A program made the translations under genes and the position numbers. The notes below the pieces were generated by a model. That model made no database searches, was not told the origin of the DNA, and was given only the letters and a program-made list of their open reading frames with translations. Positions 1 to 12,128 of a DNA stretch of 64,000 bases are shown in pieces. This stretch comes from Dudresnaya verticillata. Taxonomy: Eukaryota. Positions within the stretch are counted from its first letter, which is position 1, and each line of letters starts with the position of its first letter. Location: assembly GCA_977862235.1 (NCBI GenBank), contig OZ374560.1, forward strand, positions 1,612,001 to 1,676,000, in the 5' to 3' direction.

Positions 1-72
1 CTCACCTGCTACCGCCAGGCCCCCGAACCGCCTGAGGTGCACCCTCAATTCTACCGAGTGGGTTGCACCGCA
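1..72 (+). repeat. 3' end of the 5' LTR of element A
   Basis: Near-identical to 12057-12128; ends GGTTGCACCGCA just before the PBS. Confidence 0.95.
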
Positions 73-74
73 TT

Positions 75-90
75 TGGTCTCCCGACCTAG
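75..90 (+). promoter_or_regulatory. Primer-binding site of element A (probably tRNA-Tyr)
   Basis: TGGTCTCCCGACCTAG lies 2 nt after the LTR. It is complementary to a tRNA 3' end ...GGUCGGGAGACCA; G72/A73 fits eukaryotic tRNA-Tyr. Confidence 0.85.
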
Positions 91-183
91 AAGTTCGGAA
101 ATTCCGATTGGCTACGTTGCCTTCGTTACGGAACTACCGTTCTTCTATTTCCTACCCTTACCTTTCCGCTGCAGTTATCTGGC

Positions 184-2582
184 ATGCCCACCCGTCGACA
201 GCCGTCATCGGCAAGGTCCGTACCAACGCAGACCGCTGCCAATATGGTGACGCGTGCGCGTGCGCAGGCAAGTCCTGCGGTCCAAGCCGCTTTTTCGGCA
301 ATACCCAATGAGGGGGTTCCTCGTATTCCCCCCTCGGTGGAGATCGTACCTCCTGCCCCAGCCGGGACTCTCCCGACTGGGCAAGACCAAGGCGGGCAGC
401 CGGCACCTCCACCGCCGCTGCCCAATCCACCACCGCCGATTTCGGCATCAGTCCCGCCTCCGGTGGAGCCACCTACAATCCAAGAGGAAGCACCTCGCGT
501 TGCCTTCATACACGGGACCACAATTCCCCGGAGTGCAATTCAAGAGGTCTGCCTCATGGAAGACCAGGCTTTTGCCGCCCGGCTGTCGCGCCAAATAACG
601 GACAGCCTGGCTCTGGTCAACCAACGTATCGACGAGGTTGGTACTCGAATTGACCTCGTCCTGGAGAATCCTCCACAGAACAACCCGGACCTCGCCGCCG
701 AGGTCCGCACGCTTCGAGGAGACGTTAACCGCCTCCTCGAAACCTACGGGGCTACTCCCGCAAGGGGGCCCCGTCCGAATCCCCCAAGCCTACCCGCGGA
801 ACTTCCGCTCAATGACCGCATTACGCGGGTTGCCGACCGCTTGGAGCGTCTAGAGGGCATATGCCTCAACGAGCGCGAACCGCCCCTGCCTCCCGATGGC
901 CGAGACGCGAACAGAAGACAAGTCGAATTCGACAATCACGCTCGACATGGGGACACTTACCCCAAGGAAAGTTGCCCTTACGGGTGTACGGACCACCCTC
1001 ATGATGACGACTACCGTCAAGACCACCGTGAATCACGACGTCAAAACCGTCATCGTACCTCAACGCGGAATGCCCGCAGTCCCCGTCACCATCGTCACGG
1101 CTACGGAAGTTCCTCCAGGTCAGCTTCCGACAATTCGGACTCAGACCGCTCCGACGGAGAAGTTTGGGGAAATCCCCGTCGCGACAATGGTACACGACGC
1201 AAGGGGCCGCGGTATAAGCACCTCAAGGAGCTGAAACCCACGAACCCCTTGTACGACCAATTGCTGTCCTACAGGCACTACCGGCTACAGAATACGGAAC
1301 AATCCCGTACGAGCCGACAGACCGGCAAGATCAAAGACCAGATCAAAAGGCTGGAGTTAACCATGAAGGATTGTTCCTTTAATGGGGAAGACCCGTGTTG
1401 ATTCTGGAGTTTCTCTCCCGGTTAGTCGACGAAGCCGAAACTCTCGACATGTCGGAGGCACAGGCGTTCATCGCCTTGCCCTACTTCTTACGCGGAAATT
1501 CCGCTACTCAATTTCGCTCCGTTAAGGCCGCCCCGTCCCGTTCTAATGGAGGAGTGTCCTCATGGCCCGAAGCTGTGCAGTATCTTCTGCGGACGTACGC
1601 GACACCGAGCGCGCTCCGTGAGGCAATCCTCGAGCTCCGCGCTCTTCGGCAGAACGCGGGCGAATCGGAAACAAGCTTCGGGATGCGAGTCTCGAAAGCG
1701 TGTAACCGATGTGGCAATGTCCACAAAGCGTGGGAGAAGATGACGTACTTCATCGACGGCCTCGACCCGAGCATCCGCTCGCTGGTCGCCCGGTATCGAG
1801 AGGAAACTCCCCGTCACGAATTGTCGCTTGAACGACTAGTGCATTATGCACAAGATGAAGGTGAAGCTCACCGTGGAAGAAGCCGCGCACCACGCGCCGG
1901 ACAAGACCAATTCGCGGGCCGCACCGCAACTACAGGAGGACGTCGTCCAGAACGCGGAAATTCCGCTATGATGGCCGAGTCGTCAATTGCGTTCCGAGAC
2001 GGAAGTGGAGTTCCACGTAGGCAGGTGGGCGAGCAGGATGCCGAGGTGCACCTTTTGTACCCGGACGCGGCACTGCTGTCGTCCGACCCACCTACCGACT
2101 CACAAGTAGAATCCTACGGAAGCGAAGATAATGCGCTTCTCATGCGCTCTCGTCAAGTCCCGGCCCCTCGCATACCATACCAGGAGCATTCACCTGGTAT
2201 GACACGCGCACGGCCGGGCTGGCAAGATAGGGGAAATCCCCAAAGGAACTTCGGTCCCAAGCAGACAATCATCTGTCACATTTGCTACAAGCCTGGGCAT
2301 GTTTCGCCAGAATGCTTCTTAGCATGGAAGGACTACCTGAGGATTATCCTCAATTATGAGTCACTAAGTGCAGTCGACCGCGAGCGTGTGCCGGCTGCGT
2401 CCTACATGAAGGCGAAAGCACAGGCACAATACGATGAGGCAAATCCTCAAGGTCGACCCCAGGGACCGCCCAATGTGGTACCCCACACTAGCGAACGCCA
2501 CCCTCAGGCGTTCGCGACCGTTGGACAGTCCCCTACGAATGGGCGCGACGGACGAGCGGACATCCGCAATTCGGAAAACTAA
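184..2582 (+). pseudogene. gag: Gag of element A, frameshifted near 1395
   Basis: ORFs 184-1401 and 1395-2582 join. Capsid-like motifs LLSYRHYRL and WPEAVQYLLRTYA are shared with B, C and D; CCHC knuckle CHICYKPGHVSPEC. Confidence 0.9.
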
Positions 2583-2599
2583 TCGGGGTCATACCCCCT

Positions 2600-5500
2600 T
2601 TGACTGGGGAACTTCAATCGGAACCCTTTCCGATCGAAGCTCAAGGGTCACGACCCGACAAGCAGGAGGATATAACTCCAAAGACTATACTGCAGAACCC
2701 TGCAAGGACTAGACGGACCTCGGCCTCGCCACCAATGGCAGGATTACGCAGGCCTTGGCACCGGTACCGTCCACCGCATGCACAAGGCGAATTGCTGATA
2801 GCGGCAAAGCGCAACTTTAAAGTATACGCAGATACGGGTTTACACCCAAGCTACCTATCGCGTAAACGTACTGTGCTAGATACCGGTGCCGGCCCTAACT
2901 TTATCAGAAAATCTGAACTACCACCTCAAGCGGAGTCCCGCATTCGAGAAGGGGACATCCCCACCATCAGCGACGCCAACAATCGGCCGTTGCAAACATC
3001 CGGCGTCATCGCCTTGGTCGTTCGGCTGGGCGACCGCATTGTCAAACTTGACTTTATTGTCTGCGAGAGACTCGCCGCCCCGGTCATCCTCGGGTGTGAC
3101 TTCTGCGACCGTTTCGTAGAAGCCATCTACCCGAGGAGCCGTGAAGTCGAACTCGACAATGGGACTCGCGTGCCGATTACGCGGCGACCATTGAAGCGAC
3201 CGCCCACGGCTCCGCCACTACCTGATGATCAGGAGTATGAGCCACTGCGAGATCACACCTCAACGAAAATACGCGTAGCGGGACGAACCGTAATCCCAGC
3301 CCAAGCGCAAAAGTGGGTATCAGTAACCACCGAACGCGCGGGGCTGATTTGCCTTCAACCCTACGACAAGCCGTATCACCGGCAGGGAATCATCTCAACG
3401 AATGGAATAGCCCATGTTGAACCAAAGCGGCCATTCCGCATTCTAGTCGCGAACTTCACCTCGCACGACCAGGTCCTCCCGAAGAACCAGGTCGTCGCTA
3501 CCGCTCTCCCGCACCCCACCGCCGTGGTGCCCAGTCCCATCCGGCTGGCGGACGTGCTTGGGTTGGCTGACTTAGCGGACGATACCGCAACAAAAACCCA
3601 CGACTGTGAAGACTGTCGATTACGACAAACAAAGGTGACGCTCACGCGAAGACCCTTGAAGTTGAAAACGAACCTCCACCTTCGGTGGACGACGTGGATT
3701 TATCCCACTTGACGGAGAATCACGCCGAGCGCGTGCGGGATTTACTTGGTAGGTTTTCTACAATGTGGGATGGTTCACTAGGTGAAATCACCACTACGGA
3801 ACATTACATTGATATGATTCCGGGTACGAGGCCGTTCTCGTGCCCACCCTATCGGGCGGGTCCGAAGCAACGCCAAGTGGAACAAGCGGAAGTTGACCGC
3901 ATGCTACGAGCTGGCGTTATAGAACCGGCACAATCTCCCTGGGCCTCTCCAGTTGTTTTGGTGCCTAAAAAGGACGGTACCTTACGATTCTGTGTCGACT
4001 ATCGACGTTTAAATGCCGCAACCGTTCGGGATACGTACCCGTTACCTCGCATCGATGAATGCATCGATTCACTCGGCGAAGCGAACGTCTTCACTACGCT
4101 CGATTGCAACTCGGGGTATTGGCAAATCCCCATCAACGGTCGCGATCGTGACAAAACCACGTTTACGTGTCATGCGGGAACCTTCCGCTACAAGCGAATG
4201 CCATTTGGCCTTACCAATGCACCCGCTACCTTCCAGCGGACCCTGGATATCCTGCTCTCAGGTTTCAAGTGGCAGACATGCCTCGTTTACTTGGACGATG
4301 TAATCATCTACTCCAAGGACGTGGAATCCCACTTTAAACACGTCGAGCAGATCCTGACTGCATTGGACCAAGCCGAGGTTACCCTCAAACTCAAGAAATA
4401 TGACTTATTCACAAACACCGTCAACTACCTGGGCCATATCATCCGCCCCGGCGAACTGCGGGTCGACCCAACGGTCACGGCGGCACTCCGCAAAGCAAAA
4501 CACCCACGCACGCAAACGCAATTGAGGTCTTTTCTCGGACTGTGTAACGTATATAGGAGGTTTGTCCCCAATTACTCTCACATGGCAGGACCACTGAACC
4601 GGCTCCTCAAAAAGGGTCACCCGGACAATATTGAGTCGCTCGACGACAAACAAGAGGCCGCGTTCCAGACGCTGATCACAGCTGTCACGGAACCACCCGT
4701 ACTATCTCTGCCAAAACCTGGCTTGCCCTATTCTGTCGATACCGACGCGTCAAACTACCAGGTCGGTTGCGCCTTATTCCAAACGCACGCCGACGGTACG
4801 TGCAAACCCCTCGGGTACTGGTCCCGTTCTCTACAAGCAGCCGAAAAGAATTACTCGGTTTCCGAGAAGGAGTGTTTGGCACTGGTGTGGGCTGTCACCA
4901 CTTTACGACCCTACCTACAAATGGAAAAGTTTACCATACACACCGATCACTCCTCTCTTCGTTGGCTAATGGAGATTAACGATCCCTCCGGGCGCCTAAT
5001 GCGCTGGGGCCTACGTATGTCGGAATTCGACTTTGACGTCCGCTACAAGAAGGGACGCATTAACACCCAAGCGGACGCCCTTTCGCGTCTTCAAACGCTT
5101 GGCGAAACCCAAGTCAATATCGACGACGAAATTCCGTGTTTCCACGTTGAGGCGGACGCTCCGTCAACCTGCGCAGTTTGCGATAAGGAGGAACTCCTCG
5201 AATTGGACGACGAAGTCTCCGATCGCCTCCTCCTGGCGAATCCGCCTTCAACACAACCCGACCTCTTGCGCCCAATCACGACGGAAGAACTTCTTCAAAC
5301 GCAACTAGCAGATGCTTTCTGCACCTCGCTGCGTTCTCGTCTTAACGGGGGGGAGGGGTTACCTTTCGCGCTGGACGAGACAGGAGTCCTCATTCGCACT
5401 CGAGAGGCACTTCCTCAAATTGTGATACCCTTTACTCTTCGCGCACGTGTGCTACACCTGGCACACTTCCCGAAACTATCCGGACATCCCGGTGGTGGCA

Positions 5501-7811
5501 AGATGTATTACTCACTCCGTAGATCATTCTACTGGCCTTCCATGGCTGTGGACTGTTACGCCACCGTAAGAAACTGCACAACGTGTGCACGCAATCGCGT
5601 TATGCTACGCCGCAATACAAAGCACATGAAGCTTTTCCAGCAAAAGCACCCCTGGAGTTTGTCTCCATTGACATCTATGGCGAACTGATTCGCACGAAAC
5701 GAGGCAATCGATTCCTCTTGGTCATCACAGACCGTTTCTCCAAACTCGTTCGGACAGTTCCGATGAAAAAGATTACGGCTGCGAAAGTTGCCGAAGCGTT
5801 CATTACGCATTGGGTCTACGTCTACGGACCCCCGTTGTACCTACTATCGGATAATGGCGGACAATTTGCCGCAAAGTTGTTTCAGTCGTTATGTGGAACT
5901 TTGGGGATCAAAAACCTCTTTACTACAACCTATCACCCACAATGAAATGGGCAGGTTGAGCGGTTCAACCGCACAATGCGCGCCGCGCTACTGCACTACG
6001 TTGCGGACCATCCGCGTGAATGGGATCTATTCTCAGATGCCATCACCTACGCGTACAATACGCAAGTTCATTCTACCACGAACCTGGCCCCCTTCCAGCT
6101 GGTACTTTCCAGACCTCCACCCGCTCTAAGCGTCGAGGCACATCCCTCACTGGAACCAGTGCCGAGTTCGGCTACATTCCACACCAAGTGGCAGTCCTGG
6201 CTCACAGGACTACTGTCGACTGCCGCGAAAGGCGTCAACCAGACACAAGCGCGATACAAGCGCAATTTCGATAACAGGGTACGTCCCTCACGCGACGTCA
6301 TCGGAGTAGACTCCTACGTCTACGTACGCAAGGAGTACTATGGGAAGGACACCCCGAAACACAAACTGGCGCCTATCGCCGACGGCTCCTATCGCGTGAG
6401 TGACGCAAATGATAAGACGGTCACAGTCGAGAAGGACGGGCCTGAATACGAGCGGATTTCCCGCGACAGAGTCGTGTTGGCACCCGCCCCACCAAGGGAC
6501 GCGACCAACCAAGCCAACGCCGAAGGGACGGCAGATCCGATAGATGCGGAATTACCGCCAACAAACGATCTCAATAACGATCACACCCGAGTACAGTACT
6601 CTGACGGAGCTACTGTGTCTCACGGGGAAAATGCCCCAATTACTTTTCATGCTGTGGCACCAGCCATACAGCCACGCAACGATCGCGGGTTGGCGGATTT
6701 ACCGCCGCCCGTAGTACCCGGACGCACCGCTGGCGTCCGCACGCGGACTACCGCAACTCAATCACCACCCACCACACGTGTTTACGCCGCCGCTTCCACT
6801 CCAACTCCCCCTCACGCAAGTTCGGAGCCGGAATCCAGGACAGCGAACGGCGCCCGCGCAAATGGGCAGCCCATCGCGGATCAACCGCACGCTGTCTCAG
6901 AAGGCACCAAAGCCGTCAACGGTACAATAGAGGGAATTCCTCATGATACCTCACCAAAGGCACCAGCGATATCGCCCGACGACCCCCACTCGGAGGAAAC
7001 TCCTCGTCAACGGCAACTCGCGCAGAATACCGGCATAAACGCCTCCCAGGAGAATACTCCACAAGAAACAGTAACGCGGGATATACTCCGCAAAGGCTCG
7101 CCTATTAGTCGGATAACGGAAGACCTCGAGCCACACCCATCCGGGACACTACACGCCCATCGCCTAACACCTGCCGCAAACTCGGCTGACATCGATCAGG
7201 TGGATGAGTCACGGCCCCATAGTCAGGCTGAAACCCTACCCGCTGACGGGAAGGGCCCCGCTCCTGAAGTAGAGGCACGCGATGTGTCGCCATACGCGTC
7301 TAGAACGCAAGACAACCACAAGGAGAATTCTCCACACCCACCAAGAAAGAGCGTCACGTTTGACGAAACCATTAGGGAAATCCCTACGCGGCCTCTCGTG
7401 AGCCAGAACCTCGGACCAGAAGCGGCAGACCGCAATCAAGAAGCAACCGCGACCATTGGCGCGCCAAGCCCCAGACGGAGTCGCCGTATAGCTACCGCCG
7501 CACCACGCGTGTCACAGCTGGATACTCGGACAGAGGACCCACCTCAAGCATCGGCACCAGATGACACCCTGTCATCAAGGCGCCGACACAATGAAGACCC
7601 TCTGCCACGCGGCGAGTATGTCATCGAGAAAGTGGTGAACCACAGTTATGATAATACAGAACTTCTGTTTGAAGTGAAATGGTATGGGTACCCATCATCC
7701 CAAAATACGTGGGAGCCCATACAGCACCTCCCCCGGAGCCAAGTCATCTCCTACTGTAAAAGGAGACGCCTCGGCGTCCCCGCCACTATTACAAAGTCCA
7801 TGGTGGGCTAG
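2600..7811 (+). pseudogene. pol: Pol of element A (protease, RT, RNase H, integrase, long linker, chromodomain), disrupted
   Basis: VLDTGAG protease, YLDD RT, DTDAS...EKECLA RNase H and HHCC + DDE integrase. GPY/F-like GSYRV and chromodomain EYVIEKVVNH...VKWYGY...NTWEP follow. Breaks at ~3650-3700 and ~5640, and a TGA at 5943. Confidence 0.95.
5341..5355 (+). promoter_or_regulatory. Candidate central polypurine tract of element A
   Basis: CTTAACGGGGGGGAG is identical to 11338-11352, which abuts the 3' LTR. Confidence 0.65.
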
Positions 7812-8054
7812 TCCCAAAGACAGCAAGCGTGCAGACGTCTGCTAACTCACACATGGAGTGGACATACCACATTAAAGAGTCGGCCCAAGAGTCGATGCTA
7901 CAGTAGTTGGCGCAAGTACAATGGGACTACTGTACACCACGGTATGGCACCTTATTGGTCGGACGAGATATTAATTATCGCAGCGCCAATCGGATATTCC
8001 CTACGCGCGCCCGCTGACCCTAGCGGTCTGCCGCAAGCTATCGCCATCGTCACT

Positions 8055-9230
8055 CCCGAAGTCGAATGCGACTAAGTCAATAGCGCGAGCAAGCACAAAA
8101 CGGAATTCCGTAACTACTGCTCCAAGCCATCAATGGCCTTTGGCATCCGCTCCCCCATCAACAGGGGAACGCCTCGGTGCAGGTCATGCATAATAAGCGG
8201 AATTCCGCATCGCAGGGCGCTGGCGTCGAAAACACAACGCAACGCCCTCGACCCTTCTGGTAAGGGACGTCCCATAACGCCCCTTTTGGCCAATTGGCCA
8301 GACTATCGGACACTACGGCTGCCTCCAAGTCGTCCACGACTGACCCTACCCAAGCAGCTATGCTTAAAACGGAATTCCGTAATCATGGGGAGGAACCACC
8401 AATGCCCTTAGGCATCGGCTGGTCTATGGGAAGAATACGCCGTCACACAGAATGGGCACTAAAAGTGGGATTCCACATCGCACCTTTTTGGTCAACGAAC
8501 AATGGGGATCATCCCTACAAAGAACACGGCAAACCTCTGCTGTCGCCCCTGATTCGTCTACGGCCGACCCGGCCGACCCTACTCAGACAACTAGGCCTAG
8601 AACGGAATTCCGTAGGTGCCAATCCGAGCCATCGATGGTTTCGCATACACCCCCGCGATGAGGGGATGCCTCCGCATACGTATGCGCAATTGTGCGCCGC
8701 TACAACGGCCCCTACCGCTACCCCCTTTCGCAGCCGTGGCACTCCACACACCGAGCGTCTGCGTCCTAGCCCACTTCTACCAACCGACGCTATGTCGCGC
8801 GACATTCCGCTTTCCCAACTACGCCTCTTCCCCTTCTTTTTTTTGGGGTCGGCCTACCGTCCGCCTAATCAGGGAGATGCCTACGCGAACGCGTCCGCAT
8901 GCCCAAGGGCAACCGCGCCCGATAAGAGCTGTCTGTACATGCGCCGAATAGAATGTGGCTAGACCACAGTACGCGTTTGGTCTACTGTACTCCCTCCAGG
9001 TCATGTGCCTCAGGCCACTCTATGGATTCCCATTGGACGATGACGGTGCCAATGTACCCCCGCACCAATCGCCTGTCGGTGCCTATACAGTGGCCCACCC
9101 TAACGGACACCCGCAGCTGCTCCTCACCTTCTCCCCCAAGTCGTTCACGACTAAGTCGGCATTACGAGCCATATGCCCAAAACGGAAATCCGTAACTACC
9201 GCTCTAAGCCGCCAACGGCCTTGAGCGTTG
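8055..9230. repeat. Dispersed repeated module (AGTCG-N4-CGACT hairpin + ACGGAATTCCGT palindrome) in the pol/antisense-ORF spacer of A
   Basis: Hairpins at 8060, 8328 and 9139. Palindromes at 8100, 8369, 8602 and 9182 (variant), plus a lone GCGGAATTCCGC at 8197. Confidence 0.8.
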
Positions 9231-9540
9231 GGAACTCCAGCAACCAGGGGATCACTACGTCCAAGTCGCTAACGAAATGTGGACTTCCACACTGAACGGC
9301 ACGCGCCTCACTGGCGACATGTCGCGTTCGTCGTCCGCAGTCGGCATATGCCTATGCGAGTCGCTACGCATTACCACTCGCCGAGGGAAACTACCCTAAG
9401 AGCGACGCGCCGCGTTACGGCAAACAACACAACCAACAGGCAAACTTTAATAAGTCCTGATCATGGCGGCGCTCTCCCTACTACAGCGCATGGGCTACTT
9501 CCACAGGGTCGGTTGCCCCACGCCGAATGTCGACGCTCGA

Positions 9541-11181
9541 CTAGACATCAGCAGGCCCGCTTGGGCCTGCTTCATCCTCGTCATCTAGGCTAGACCCCTT
9601 ATCGACAGCGACCTCGAGGAGCTCCTCGTCGCTGCCGCGGATGGCAACCTCGGGAATTCCCGTCCTACGCAAATAGCCGATTACGGCAATCCGCTGACTA
9701 AAGCTCAACCTCACACGACGAGCGCGAGGCTGGCCCACGGGGTCAGGCGACGGCGGACGAATGGCTGGCGGCCGAACGATCGGCACGCTCGCAATAACAG
9801 GGCCGCTGCCGTCACCACTTGCCTCACCCGTTTCGGTCGATGTTCCCGCCGCCCCGTTCGGAGCCTCATCAGCCGGCGCGTCGACCGTCATCGTGTCATC
9901 ATCGGGATTTCCCCATTACTGCCCGCGTCGGAGGACTGTTCCTCATAATCCGACTCCGCAATGCCACCCGCCTCGGGGTCCACCAGGTAGCCTCGCGGCT
10001 GACCAGGCGGCATCGAACGCGGGTGGCTACGTAACCAAGCGGCACGGTCCGCAGCGACGAAAGTGCGTGTCCAAGGGTCAAACCATGCCCAATCGCCGCA
10101 AGACGGGTGCCGACGCCCAGGAGAGAAATTGGTCGATGAGGAACTCCTCTTGTTGTTGCACAACGGGACTCTTTGGTCGTCATGGTCCCAATCAACCTGG
10201 GCATAAAACCCCAACAACACGCGGAACTCCGCTTCGTTGTTAACTCCACCGAGGACAATCCTCAAGTCCAACTGCTCAACGAGCGTCAGGACTGTGGGAG
10301 ATATGTACCACATGCGGTACGTATCGTACAATTCCCACAGCCACTGAACGGCCGTCTTCGCCACGAACTCCGTGTAATACACCGTCCACAATCCCGACTG
10401 CGGGTAGCCGATAACGGATGACATGGTGTAACTCACCGCAGGAGCCAACTCGACGAGGAAACCCTCACAACACTCCACCAAGCCCCACTGTGGGACGGGC
10501 AGCCGCACATAACATCGATCACGATAAGTACGATAAATTGCGTCGATTTCGACATTAGGGTAAGGCACCAGGAAGCCCAGACGGGCTCTCCCAACGAATC
10601 TTGTCCCAATAAGCGTTGTTCTCGCGTTTGCGCACAAAGCGGAATTCCGCACGAAGCTGCACGCCGAGTAACAGGGCCGATTGACGCACCCTGGGCTCGA
10701 CCCCATCCCACGCATGCGGGATGGGGAGGTTCTCCAAGGCATCAGCATAGGGGATTTCCCCAACGGTGCGATAAACGCCGAGGTCAAGCCAGTAACCGTG
10801 CGGAATGACCACCCGACAGGGAGTGCGGGAAAGCCGCTGGAAGACCAAGCGGACATACCGCAACCTCGCCCTGCGTACGTCCTCCCCGCCGTGACGGCGG
10901 ATCCAATCGGGACGAATGGCGCCATGCCGACGCCAGTCGGGCGTCCTTAATACGCATAGGGGAAGGTCCCCCGGGAGGAAACCGTCTTCCGAGACATACT
11001 GCTCGATGAGGGCATGGTTCCCAAAGTTATTGTGGAACATCCACGGCGCGTTTGCGATGTCAATCAGGTCGCGCCAGGACGTCTTGCCCTCGAAGTCGGC
11101 TGGCGTAGGATACGATGCAGATGTCTGCGGAGCGCGCAAAAGCACGCGGTCTAGCTCCGCTAAGGAGAAGTTCGGCGGCAT
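9541..11181 (-). pseudogene. Antisense accessory ORF of element A (unknown conserved domain), two frameshifts
   Basis: ORF pieces 10555-11241, 9888-10925 and 9541-9891 join into a protein that aligns with 28971-31274 and 41982-43925. Shared motifs: GFLPG.LPL, IRWE, VPY, EGF.VEL.P, YTE.VA, WLWE.YDT.RM, CGDW...PWT. Confidence 0.88.
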
Positions 11182-11343
11182 GGTTCGTCGCGTAATTGCA
11201 CAAGCCAGCCCGGAACGACACGCGGGGTCCCGCAAGAGCACAACGCGCTACCACGCAGCAACGCCGCAAAGAGAGAAAGTGGCACCAACCTGCGAAGGCT
11301 GGGTCTGCTGAGTGTGGGCTCGTGCGGGTACTCGCCGCTTAAC

Positions 11344-11353
11344 GGGGGGGAGA
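11344..11353 (+). promoter_or_regulatory. Polypurine tract of element A
   Basis: GGGGGGGAGA immediately precedes the TGTGGCGCAA LTR start. Confidence 0.88.
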
Positions 11354-12128
11354 TGTGGCGCAAATCGCCTTCGCTCTCTGTTGAAGAATTCTTCATAATG
11401 CAGCCAACAGCGGCTCGCGCGACCGCGAACGACGGACTCACCGCAGCCTGTTCGTGCGGATCAACCGCTGTGCGGGTGATTGAGCTCAGAGCCAATTTCT
11501 ACAATGAGCTCTGGCACCACGCGCACGCACCAGCAATGCTAATGGGGAAATGCCTCTGTAAGGCGCCCGGCCTGACAGTACGCGGCGCCCTCTGCCAGCA
11601 AGGATGGCCCCGCAACGCGACAACGCGTACACGTGCACACGTGCGCCTCCCTGGCGCGCATCTTTCAGCCGCACCACCGCTAGGCTGACAGTTGATATTT
11701 TTAGATAATTATAGAATTGTGCGCGCCACGTAATGCCAGGTGGCGCGCTCCCCTTCCACTACTTTAATCCGCCACCAAGGCGCACCCGCCTTCTACATAG
11801 TATAAAAGGGCCCTGAGGTGCGCCCTCATACAGTAAACGGCTAAGTTTGGGCCCAGCGAGACGTACCCTCCTACCCTATCGACTCCCTCTCTAGGCTGGA
11901 CTCCAGTACATCCGCTACCCTTCTTCATCGTACAGAATCCTGTTTTCTCTTGTTTTTCCCTTGTTTTCTCTTCTTTTCTAGGGTAACCCCCTTCCGCGGC
12001 CTTGTTGTGTTTTACAGTCGCACTACGGGGCTACTCCCCTGCTCTACCGCCACTACCTCACCTGCTACCGCCAGGCCCCCGAACCGCCTGAGGTGCACCC
12101 TCAATTCTACCGAGTGGGTTGCACCACA
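11354..12128 (+). repeat. 3' LTR of element A (~775 bp)
   Basis: Inverted termini TGTGGCGCAA...TTGCACCACA, TATAAAA at 11801, and a tail matching 1-72. Confidence 0.93.

Larger units (their letters stand above)
1..12128 (+). mobile_element. Ty3/Gypsy chromodomain-bearing LTR retrotransposon (element A); 5' LTR truncated by window edge
   Basis: Bases 1-72 match 12057-12128 (1 mismatch). PBS at 75, then gag-PR-RT-RH-IN-chromodomain order, PPT at 11344 and a TG...CA 3' LTR. Confidence 0.97.

Noticed and set aside
8294..8962. 222-aa plus-strand ORF in the A spacer
   Set aside because: It has no counterpart in B, C or D, overlaps the repeated modules, and is expected by chance in GC-rich DNA.
10639..10650. 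GCGGAATTCCGC palindrome inside the A antisense ORF as another module copy
   Set aside because: It is explained by the conserved AEFR codons, which also occur in C.
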